Assembly: GCF_018350175.1 (NCBI RefSeq)
Contig: NC_058382.1
Coordinates: forward strand, 51,338,001-51,402,000
DNA from: Felis catus
Lineage: Eukaryota
DNA: 64,000 nucleotides
Reading direction: 5' to 3'
Below, piece after piece: positions 11,796 to 23,338 of the stretch. The position numbers were made by a program, and so were the translations under genes. The notes below the pieces were generated by a model. The model was given only the letters and a program-made list of their open reading frames with translations, did no database searches and was not told the DNA's origin. Every line of letters begins with the position of its first letter. The stretch's first letter is position 1.

Positions 11796-13889
11796 AAAGG
11801 ACAAGGACTTAGGATAAATCTGACCCTAAAAGGTCTGACTACTTTGAGAGCAATCATTTACTGGCACTTTCTACACGTCAGGCCTTCGGCTGGGCATTTT
11901 CTATGCATCATCTCAAAACATGCCTATGATAACTCTCTAACGTAGCTGCTTATTTTTTCATAGGAAAAAACAAGAAAGAATGTGTGCTAGATCACACAGG
12001 TGACTAGGGAACGAGCTTAAAATACATGTAGGACCACCAATGTGCCTAAATATTGCAATCTATCACCTCGTTGTTAGTGTAGGCAAACAATATTTGCCCC
12101 CCTTCCTGATGTTCTCTCTTCTTAATACTGCTTTTTCCCCCTTCTTTTAATCTCAAACATGAGTATAAATAGCTGCTTCTCCCCCCCCCCCCCACCCCCA
12201 TGAGTCTTGTGGAAAATTCTTTACTGCTAGGACCGGGCATTCATGCCCAAAAGGCAAAGCAGATTTCCAGTTAAAAATAGGAAGCCCTGGCTCTCTCTCT
12301 GTCTGGTGGGATCCCACTTGAATTAGAGTTGGGTGGATGGCAGCTGTTCAGGGACCTCCATTACACCAGACCACGGCTCGGGATGCTACGCCATGGTTTC
12401 CACTTTGCTATTAGTTTAAATGTCTCCAGGAGTATCACGGCTTACTCTGAAGATTGCACGGTGTGAACATCATTTGTTGTACAGCAAAATGAATCGTGTT
12501 GCCTCCCAGAAACAACCAAAACGCTAACAAACGGGTCTTTGTTCCCCTAGCTCCATCCCAAACAAAACAAAACAAAACAAAACACAACAGGTAATACCAT
12601 TAAAATGGACAGATATTCTCATTAGTTTTTCATGAGTCACCAAGGAAAACCTCAAAATCAAGGTCCTAGAAGCCTTACTTCTGAAGAACCCTCTAGTCTT
12701 TTTCTTCTTTTCAGAGCTGTGTCATACAGCCGTTCTTGGAATCATGTGTTTAATTATAACACTTAAGACATTTTGTATGAATAGTACATAGTATGCTTTC
12801 CTCATTTGAGATTTCGCTGTGTTTCTGTTCTGTTCACGTGATATTACATAAACAGACAATTTAGAGTTTGGTTCCCGATCAAACTAGAATTTTGGGAGAA
12901 GTGTTACATTTAGAAAATAAGATTGATTGATGCTCACTGATACTTAACTCAATTTCTCCTTCAATTAAAGTGGTATCTTACATGTAATACTTTGGGTTTC
13001 TATTTTCTTGGTGCCATATCTCTTTATGTGAAATCTCTTTGTCCAGAGATTTCATAGGGAGAAAGTAATACAGTGCACCTGTACATGTGTGGCAGTAAAA
13101 TATAGGCAAGCTATGTAAGAACTATAGTGAGCTATGGCGCCCACGAGGCAGGATGATTTTACAATACGTGGGGCTGTATCACACACAGGTGTAAGGGGGA
13201 CATACTCAGGTCTTATGCATGACAGAGAAGGAAATCCACTCACTTCCACTTCCTAACACCACCCCATTCTCCCCATTCAAACTAGATCCTGACTTCTGTT
13301 ACCATAGGGCGAAGACGACCGCAGTGGAAATGCAAAGAAAGTTCAAAATACATACGTATTAGTTCTTGCCTTTTGAGTTTCAAAGACTTCTGGTGACTTA
13401 AGAATGGTTTAACACACTTTCAATGGGCATTGAAAATATATTCTACTTTCACTTTTTAGACAGACTCTAGATCCTAAGCCATACATGGCTTGTGGTTTCA
13501 CGTAAAACATTTTTAAATGTTGCTGTGAACGGCAGGATGTGTTTAAGAAAATGAAAAAAAATTAACCACATCCAAGTGTCATTACTATTAAACAAGGAAA
13601 ACCAACCAAGATGTCAAGTTTCCCTCAGCCTCCAGTAACGCTACCCATAGAGACTTATCAACATTGCCAACAAGAAGAAAATCAATGCTACCAAGAAGAG
13701 AATTTACACAATCTCCCTGTCAAGCCTGTTTCTGCATCTGTACTCACACCTTCCATCTCTCCTCTTCTTACTCTACTCTACCCTACCCTACCTCTTATCT
13801 TGGTCCCAATTCTCCACTATGCTCTGGGTTCCATCCGCCCTCATCTACTAAAAGTGCCCCCTTCTCTTGAGCCTTACTGAAATTTCCCT

Positions 13890-14960
13890 ACTAGATCATT
13901 CCCATCAGCATCCAAGCATGCTATTTTCTCTCTCCTAAAAATGATCTCATCTCCACATCTCTCTCCAGCTCAGGTCCCATTTCACTGATTCCCTTTATAG
14001 CAAAAATCCCTCAGTGAGTCCTTTCTCATTCCCCCATGATCTTTCTGGACCAGGCGGCCCTCCTCAGCACATCACTGAAACCGCTCTTTCAAGGGCACCC
14101 TGCCACATCCAATAGTCGATGGGCCTCCTCTTACTCAATCACCAGCACGAGACACAGTGGATCACTTCCTCCTTGCGTCGCCACCAGAAACCCATTCTCT
14201 CAGTTCTTTTCCTGCCTCGCAGACCTTCACTCCTAGTCTCCTTGGCTGAATCCTCCTCATCTCCTAACTCTTCATTATCAAAGTGACCTCCGACCTCTTG
14301 ACCTCTTGTTTATCAAGGCTCACTCCATGGGTGATTTCATCCTGTGCTCTGATTTTAAGGACAATCGACATGCTGACCACTCCCAGATTCGTAACTCCTC
14401 ACCATACTTTCCAACGCAACATTCTGCAACAATGCTAGTGTAGTATGATCCTGTCATATGGTGGTCACAAGCCACCTGTGGCTATTGAGTACTGGCATAC
14501 TCCTGTGACTAAATAAACCTTTACATGTGGCTTAAATCCAAACCTAGATAACCATGTGTGGATAGTGGCTGCCCTACTGGACAGCAGAGCTGGATATGAA
14601 AGCCATCCTCTGATGTCCATATTCACACATTCAGCTGCCTCCGGAGCATCTCTACTCGAATGTTTACAAGGCATATCAACGTACAACATTGAACTCATGA
14701 TTTGCCTCCCTGTACTCCACTCTTCACAACCCTACGAAATGGCGACCAGTCCTTCCAATTGTTCAGGCCAAAATAAGAAGTTAAAAGCACCCCAACCTCC
14801 TCTCTTTTTCTCACACCTGCATCTAATCAACCAGGAAGTGGCGTTATTCTTATGTTCAGTGGACCTCCTACCTGACCATGTCTCACTTTGTCTATCACTA
14901 CTGTTGCTTCCCAGGTCCGAGCTACCATCATCATCTCTTCTGATTTCCATGGCCATGGCA
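13890..14960. mobile_element. Ancient L2 fragment with an embedded MER3/MER33-like element (about 14440-14590)
   Basis: pyrimidine-rich L2-like motifs (actgaaaccgctct, acagtggatcacttcctcc); agccacctgtggctattgagtact...gtggatagtggct typical of MER3-family elements. Confidence 0.55.
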
Positions 14961-16705
14961 CTCTAGGGATACAGAGAAGCCATATTCTCCAGGACAGGAG
15001 ATAAGGCTGCTGTTTTATTATTATAAAAATAATTTTCTGACAGTGATTTAAGGGATTAAAAACAAAGTGTCTTAGGCCCTGCAAAGGAAAATTAAATGCT
15101 GCTGTGAAAATTGGGATGGGGAGCAGATCACATGACTACCTAAAGAAGCTTTGCAGCTGTCATTTAATTAATAGAGTATCTTGGGGATGATTTCACCAAA
15201 GAAGCCACAAAACAACAAAGAGAACTTATGTTTTCTTTGAAGATTTCTATTCCCCCCAAAGAGGCCCACTTTTATATTGAGTTTCCCACATGCCTTCCCT
15301 CAACTTAAAATTATGTAAGGATCCTATGAAGAGTAAGATTCTTCTTAAAAACTTTTTGAAGTTTTCGTTTAAGTTCCAGTTAGCTAACATACAGTATAAT
15401 ATTTGTCTCAAATGTACAATATAGTGACTCAATACTTCCATACATCACCCAGTGCTCATCACAGCAAGTGCACTCCTTAATCCCCATCACCTTGTTCAAG
15501 CCACTCCCCTACCCACCTCCACTCTGGTAACCATCCGTTTGTTCTCTGTAGTTAAGAGTTTGTTTCTTGGTTTGTCTCTTTTTCCCCCTTTGCTCATTTG
15601 TTTTGTTTCTTAAATTCCACATGAGTGCAATCGTAATGTATTTGTTTCTCTGAGTTCTTTCACTAAGCTTAATACTTTCTAGCTCCATCCATGTCATTGA
15701 GAATGGCAAGATTTCACTCTTTTGATGGCTGAGTAATATTCCATTGTATATATTTACCACCTCTTCTTGATCCACTCATCAGCCAATGGACACTCGGGCT
15801 GTTCCATTATTTGGCTATTGTAGATAATGCTGCTATAAACATCAGGGTGCATGGAACACTCTGAATTAGGGTTTTTGTATTCTCTGGGTAAACAGTAGTA
15901 CAACTGCTGGATCATCAGGTAGTTCTATTATTAACTCTTTGAGGGACCTCCATACTGTTTTCCACAGTGGCTGCATCGATTTGCATTCGGCACCAACTGT
16001 GCAAGAGGGTTAGCTTTTCTCTGCATCCTCACCAACCCCTGTTGTTTCTTGGGTGGTTGATTTTAGCCCTTTGGACAGACGTGAGGTGGTATCTCATTGT
16101 AGTTTTGATTTGTATTTTCCTAATGATGAGTGCGTTGAGCATCTTTCCACACGTCGGTTGACCATCTGGATGGTCATTTTCTTCGGAAAATGTTCACGTC
16201 TTCTGTCCATTTTTCAAATTGGATTATTTGGTTTTGAAGGGTTGAGTTTTATAAGGTCCTTGTATAATTTAGATACTAACCCTTTATTGGATATGCATAC
16301 CTTAATTTTGCTGATTATTTCCTTTGCTGTGCAGATGCTTTTCATCTTGAGGTAGTCCTACTAGTTTATTTTTGCTTTTGCTTTCCTTGCTTCAGGAGAC
16401 GTATCTAGAAAGAAATTGCTACGGCTGATGTCAAAGAAGTTACTGCCTGTGTTCTCCTCTAGAATTTGTATGTTTTCAGGTCTCACATTTTGGTCTTTCA
16501 TCAATTTTGAATTTATTTTTGTGTATGGTATAAGAAGTGGTCCAGTTTCATTCTTCTGCATGTCGCTGTCTGGTTTTCCCAGCACCATTTATTGAAGAGA
16601 TTTTTCCCATGAGATATTCTTCATGCTTTGTCAAAAATTACTTGACAATGTAACTGTGAGTTCATTTCTGGCCTTTCTATTCTGTTCCAGTGAGCTATGT
16701 GTCTA

Positions 16706-16769
16706 TTTTTTTTTAAATGTTTATTTATTTATTTATTTTTGAGAGAGAGCAAATGAGCAGGGGAGGGGC

Positions 16770-16812
<43 letters not shown>

Positions 16813-16950
16813 CAACAGAGAGACAGAGAATCTGCAGCAGGGTCCAAGCTGTCAGCGCAGAACCCAACATGGGGTTTGAACTCACAAACCGTGATATCAT
16901 GACCCGAACCGAAGTTGGATGCTTAACTGACTGAGCCACCCAGGTGTCCG
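16706..16950 (-). mobile_element. Can-SINE nested in L1
   Basis: reverse SINE; TSD ctat(g/a)tgtctattttt. Confidence 0.9.
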
Positions 16951-17546
16951 TCTATATGTCTATTTTTGTGCCAGTACCATACTGTTTGATTGCTACAGCT
17001 TTGTAATATAGCTTGAAGTCCAGAATTGTGATGCTTCCAGCTTTTGGTTTCTTTTTCAGGATTGCTGTGGTTATTCAGGGTCTTTTGTGGTTCCATACAA
17101 ATTTTAGGATTGTCTGTTCTGGCTCTGTGAAAAAATGCTGTTGGTATTTTGAAAGGGATTACACTAAGTGTGTAGCTTGCTTTGGGTAGTATTGACATTT
17201 TAAGAAAATTTGTTCTTCCTATCCACGAGCACGGAATGTTTTTCCATTCCTTTGTGTCATCTTGTATTTCTTTCCTCGGTGTTTTATACTTTTCAGAGTA
17301 CAGGCCTTTTACCTCTTTGGTTTATTCCTTATTATTTTTGGTCCAATTATAAATGGAACCGATTCCTTAATTTCTCTTCTCTGCCGCTTCCTTATTGGTG
17401 TATAGAAAAGCAACAGATTTTTGTACACTGATTCTGTATCAGTTCTAGCAGTTTTGGCTGGAATCTTTAGGGTTTGCCGACTATGGTATCATGTCATCTG
17501 CAAGTAGTGAAAATGTCACTTCTTTCTTGCTGATCTGGATGCCTTT

Positions 17547-17752
17547 TTTTTTAATGTTCGTTTTTGAGAGCGGGAGAGAGAGCGTGTGCATGTGAACACA
17601 CATTGGGGAGGGACAGAGAGAGTGAGAGAGAGAGAATCCAAGCAGGCTCCATGCTTACATCAATGTGGGGCTCGATCCCATGAACCATGAGATCATGACC
17701 TGAGCCAAAATCAAGAGTCGGACTTAACTGACTGAGCCCCCCCAGGCGCCCC
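17547..17752 (-). mobile_element. Can-SINE nested in L1
   Basis: reverse SINE; TSD gatctggatgcctttt. Confidence 0.9.
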
Positions 17753-19110
17753 GATCTGGATGCCTTTTATTTCTTTTTGTTGTGTGATTGCTGCAGCTAG
17801 GACTCCCAGGACTCTGTTGAGAAAAAGTGATCAAAGTGGACATTCCTGTCTTGTTCCTGACACTAGCAGGAAAGTTCTCAGTTCTTTTCCCTCTTGAGGA
17901 TGATGTTAGCTAGGGGTTTTCCCCATCTGGCCTTTAGTATTTTGAGGTATGTTTCCTCTAAACCTACTTTGTTGAGGGCTGTTATATGAATGGATGTGGT
18001 ACTTTGTCACATGCTTTTTCTGTGTCTATTGACATGATCATATGGTTCTTCCTTTTTTTCTTACTGCTATGTGTCACATTGATTGATTTGCAAATATTGA
18101 ACCACCCTGGCATCCCGGGAATAAATCCCACTTGATCGTGGTGAATGATATTTTAAACGTACTGATGGATTCGGTCAGCCATTATTTCACTGAGGATTTT
18201 TGCATATACCTATCAGAGATTTGGCCTGTAGTTGTCTTTTTTGTGTGTGGAGTCTTTATGTGGTTTTGGTACCAAGGTAATGCCGACTTCACAGAACCAA
18301 TTTGGAAAGTTTCCTTCCCTTTCTACTTTTTTGGAATAGATTGAGAAGAGTAAGAATTAACTTGAAGAGTAAAATTCTTGAGCTAAAAGTAAAAACAGCA
18401 GCAGCAAACAGATTTGACCCCAAGAAGGCAACTAATCCATTTCCTGTTATCAAAGTAATACAAAGTTGCCTTATCCAGCCAAAACAAGAAGAGAAATAAC
18501 TTACACAACTTACTTTAAGTATTCACAAGATTATAGGAATATATCCGTATAATATATGGCATGTAGGAGGTATCACTTACATTTTGTTTGTTCAACGTAC
18601 TAATGCATTCAGCGAATGCATAAATAAATAAAAGATTCTCAACTTGAAAAAATAAAAGGACTTAAGGCTTGACTGTAATGTCGATGTAGCTGGAAATTCA
18701 CACACAGAGTCATATGTGCAACGACGTAGGCTAAAAGACAATATTTGTAGAAACCAGCCGAAAGCTGACCTAAGAGTTTAACATCAGCTCATAAAGGCCT
18801 CTGAAAGACAGTGACTATTTAAACAGAAAGACAGCAAGGCCAAGTATATGAAAGACGAGTATTTGCCAATTGGAACATATTATTTGCTTCTCAATAAAGT
18901 GTTCTCTGCCCTTTTCTTTACCCTGTATTGAGGAGAAAAGTAACCAAGAGCAGGATGTGCAGGAATCTTCTTCTCACTGTTTGATGTCAGCAAAGAGTCC
19001 CGTGGAAAGAGGCTGTCTGCCTACCTAACAGAATCTCTTTGGCCCTGCTCGTACCCCGTTCTCAAAAAGACAGGACTTGGTTAAAAAAAAAAAAATCAAC
19101 CCTCCCCTAA

Positions 19111-19288
19111 AGAATGGCTACATAAATTGTGGGGCCCAGCGCAAAATGAAAATGCAAGGCCCCTCGCTTAGAAAAATTATTAAGAATTTCAAGGTGGTGA
19201 TGGGAGAGCACTGAACCGAACACAGAGCCCTTCCGAGCACGAGGCAGCGGGGACTTGGCAGGTCCCACATCCACGAGGACAGCTTTGC
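19111..19288 (-). mobile_element. MER45A-like hAT-Tip100 element
   Basis: gctacataaattgtggggcccagcgcaaaatgaaaatgcaaggcccc...aaaaattattaagaatttcaag matches recalled MER45A in reverse. Confidence 0.7.
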
Positions 19289-20712
19289 CCGTGACCTTAA
19301 GGCTGTCACCTGCATCAGTTTTAAGACACAATTTTAGCTCTTCCAAATTCTAAACGACCCTGTGGTCTAACAATGACGTCACCTGCCCCTCCTACGTAGA
19401 CACTATGGCCTCTGTTCAGGTGTGCCAGCACGGAAGCACTCAGTGTGACCCTGGCCATGCCCTTGACCACAGGCCGCCCGCCTGTCCCCCCTGACCCCCA
19501 TGCCCAGAACCTGGAGAGCAGGAACGTGATGTGATAACCACACAGCTGAGGCTCTAACTGCCCCCGTGAAGGCTCAGGAACGCGTCTGGGACGAGGCGCG
19601 ATTTGAAAATGGTCATTCCCGCCACGCACGTCTATGTTAAGCCATCCTCAGTGGCCTTGTCAAAAGCGGTCGCTGACTGTTCGCGGCACCGGTGGAGAAC
19701 GCAAAAGCCCTCCCGGTCACGGGGATGCCCCTGTCCCCTGCCCGCGGCACAAGATCACGATACTGCTGGTTCCAGCTGCCCCGCACCGCCTGTCAGGCTG
19801 GACGGTAAGCTGTTAAATGCACAAATTTAGAAAGACCGCCAGTGATTCAGTCTACTTAACTGGACTTCGTCCAGAGAATTTTCCAGCCAACTGGCACTGG
19901 GTCTCTAATTTACAGCTGGCAAGCAACCTCCCTAACTGCTTCCAGGTCCTCAGAACTGTTTAATGTCTACCTTTAACACACGAACCACCTGACTTCAGAC
20001 ACAACATTCAGCAGCTTTGACCGCAGGGTGCGGAGTTATAAAATTTACAGCTTCTTAAGTTGGAAAACCACAGACAGGCTGGACTCTACCAACTGCCCTC
20101 TGCAGGAGGGGGGTTCGGTTTCTGCCTCAGGCACACAAAGTTAAAACAAAGGACACATTGAGTAATCTTGGGTAAGCAGTTTTCTTTTTTTTTTTTTTTT
20201 CTGTTTTTGCTCCCACTTTTTTTAATGTTAAAATGATAAATGCCTTTAACCCGTTTTGCATTTTTTGTAATTGAAGGCTTTTTTTTTTTTTTTTACATTA
20301 AAGCTAACAAAAAAGTTGTCTGATTTCTCCCATGTAAATCAGAGTTATGGATAGGCTTTAAAGACTGGCTTTGTAATTAACGCAAGCTAGAAAGCTAGTT
20401 TCTTGTCCTCCAAACGTGTCTGATTGCTTTAAAAACAAGAACAGGGATGCTTATAATAGTTATTGTTGCCAAAGTATTGCACGTGTATCATCTACAGTTG
20501 ATCACAATATCACCAGGAAGCTGAGGGCTAGTCTTACCCTGGCACCATGAATAAATAAACCAATTACAGGGTCTCTAGCTAGTTAAGTAGCAACCCTGGA
20601 CTCAAGTCTCTGATACCGTCTGACTCCAAAACTTGACATCTTATCTCTTACAACACTGTCTCTCAAACTCTGGAACACAATGTCTAGGACCTTACCATAA
20701 ATTCTAAAAACT

Positions 20713-20915
20713 GGGGCGTCTGGGTGGCTCAGTGAGTTAAGTGTTCGACTGCAGCTCAGGTCATCAACTCACAGTTCTTGAGTTCGAGCCCCACGTCGGG
20801 CTCTGTGCTGACAGCTCGGAGGCTGAAGCCTGCTTCAGATTCTGTGTCTTCCTCTCTCTCTGTCCCTCCCTTGCTCACTCACTGTCTCTCTCAATAATAA
20901 ACAGACATTAAAAAA
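20713..20915 (+). mobile_element. Can-SINE
   Basis: SINE head, body and tail; TSD aaattctaaaaactg. Confidence 0.92.
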
Positions 20916-22641
20916 TAATCATAAAATTCTAAAAACTGTAGGAGCCGTGGGTAATACTTATCACGGGTATTCAACAGGATGCCACAGCATTTACGTTGCG
21001 CTTGGGGTTCGAACCCGGAACTTGGATTTCTTGAGTGCGCCAATGTCTGGTTTAAGCATACGTGATTCTTAATCTCTTCAATCCACTTTCCCCTGTGTTT
21101 ATTTAGATGTCTCACTGAACCCGCTGTTTTAGCAACTGAAATACAACATGCTGTGTAGACTGGCCCTTCCTGAGAAGCCACGACTCGCACCACACGTTAT
21201 ACGTGGAGTGACCGCTCAGAGAAGGGACAGCTTGTGTGGTGTGGATTGATGGGTTCGCGAGGTCCTGTGATTGCTGGAAGAACTTGGGACGTCCCAACTC
21301 AGCCCGTTGGCTGTCTTTGTCTTCCCGTTTGCTTCGAAGCTGGAAGAACACAACCAGGTATGGTCACTGCTATTATGTGACTTGCCTCCGACAAGAGGCA
21401 GGAAGGCACAGACCCTGATGGGGACTGAGAAAAGCCTCTATGAGGCAGCTTCAAAGGTGTGGGCGGACCCTCGGAGCCTCGACTACACTTCTAATTCAAC
21501 CTGCCAGCATTCCTCGGAGTTTAATGAAGAGAAAGAAATAGTGTTCTCCAACCTGTCACACAAGTATTTGCCATGAATTAACGGGAGGTCCACACTTCAA
21601 ATGGCAAACGGCAAACATCTAGACAAATGATGTGGCATCACAAAAGGACCTCTGAATCGTCCTCTGGAGTCTGAGGTTGGTATCATCTGTTCCGAATTAA
21701 TTCTCCATTCCGCCTTTGCCTCGTTTGTGTTTTGTGTCTTCACTCAGTCCGTGCTACTTGGCTAATCTCCTCTGCCCGACCCTGGTTTTATCTCGCGGCA
21801 CATCTTTACTCAGGCTGGCCCCGTTCCCGTGGGGAGAATTCAGATGGCGGGGTCACAAGAAAGGAGCTGGATGTGAAGGGAAGAGTCTGCCGGTGGGGCT
21901 CACAGGCCACCGTGTCACTGATCAATGTGCTCGCCCACCTGGTCCCCGCCACCCTGTCATCTCCTCTTGCCAAAGCGTGGAGGAAGTTGTTGATTATAGT
22001 AATTTTCTTTGGATGTCTTTTTCTGCCTTGAAACTGGCCTGGGGTTAACCTGTTTCTCACTTCCTGTCATTCCAAAGGCTGCTGCTGTGGTCAGCGGCCA
22101 GACTCTCCCCCGGTTACGCTATTAAATGCAACGGGCTTCCCAAGGGTTAAACGCCCCCTCGTGCCACTTCACACGGAAGAAGTCCTCAACATAAAAGAGA
22201 GCTTTTAAGGCCTTTTACAAAAGGAATGAATGCTGTAAAAACAAAGGTGATCATCTTTCAGTCTTCGAGTAGCAACCCGTGTGACCACGTCATCCCGAGT
22301 CGCTGTTTATCAGACCGAGAGGAAGTTACTTTATAATGAAACACTCCTGATGAATTTCCGCACCTTCCCTCTGACCACATGGCACCTTGATAGAGAATAG
22401 GACTTGGTGGTTGTTGGGGGGAGGGGGGAGGGGGGAGGGGAGAGAGACAGAGACACAGGGAGCTGGAGAAAGAGACAAGGAGGGAGACAGGAAGTAGAAA
22501 AGCAAGAAGGAAGTAGAGGAGGAAGGGGGAGGGGGAAGGACAGGAGGAGGGAGCAAAAAAAATCTCACCTTCAGTCATTTCTAAAGAATGTGTCGTCTGT
22601 AAGGGGACATCTCATGAAAATATAACTTTCTGTGTTTAACG

Positions 22642-22775
22642 TTTTTTTTTTTTTTTAAGTAGACTTCACACCCAGTGCAAAGCCCACTGTGGGGCTTGAA
22701 CTCACGACCCTGAGATCACGACCTGCACTGAGATCAAGAGTCGGAGGCTTAACCGCCTGAGGCACCCAGGCACCC
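22642..22775 (-). mobile_element. Short older-type Can-SINE
   Basis: poly-T then ggcttgaactcacgaccctgagatc...cttaaccgcctgaggcacccagg. Confidence 0.85.
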
Positions 22776-22867
22776 TTGTTTTTAATTCTCATTTGCCAAG
22801 GCCTCTTAAAACTGGATGCTGAACTGGCCTTTTGCACAGTTGCTTAAACAAAGAACAAAGTCAGCGT

Positions 22868-23031
22868 GGGGCACCTGGGTGGTTCAGTCGGCCAAGCGTC
22901 CGACTTGGGCACAGGTCATGATCCCACGGTCTGTGAGTTCGAGCCCCATGTCAGGTTCTGTGCTGACAGCTCGGAGCCTGGAGCCTGCTTCGGATTCTGT
23001 GTCTCCCTCTCTCTCTGCCCCTCCCCCACTT

Positions 23032-23068
<37 letters not shown>

Positions 23069-23093
23069 AGTAAATAAACATTAAAAAAAAAAA
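22868..23093 (+). mobile_element. Can-SINE with expanded (CT)n
   Basis: TSD aaagaacaaagtcag. Confidence 0.92.
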
Positions 23094-23292
23094 GAACAAA
23101 GTCAGTGACCTTAAATTACCTATATCTCAATCTCAACATGGAAAAACATGAAGTTTTCAGCTTTACTCAAGAAGCTTGACATGGGTCTGTGTACTTCAGA
23201 TTAAATGACTATTTTTCAATAAAGGCTGTGTAAATTTCAACTCTGATGTTCAGCTTTCACATTTCTGCCACTTCAAAATGTAATTCCTTATA

Positions 23293-23293
<1 letters not shown>

Positions 23294-23335
<42 letters not shown>
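23294..23335 (+). repeat. (CA)21 microsatellite
   Basis: read directly. Confidence 0.95.

Positions 23336-23338
<3 letters not shown>

Larger units (their letters stand above)
15344..18362 (-). mobile_element. 5'-truncated L1 (about 2.6 kb of L1 sequence) interrupted by two SINEs; sense to ADAMTS18
   Basis: frameshifted ORF2 peptides ([44 protein letters not shown]); TSD tgaagagtaa(g/a)attctt at 15327-15343 and 18363-18379. Confidence 0.93.

Noticed and set aside
15509..18344. L1 ORF2-like peptides as a functional reverse transcriptase gene
   Set aside because: 5'-truncated, frameshifted, internally deleted and interrupted by two SINEs
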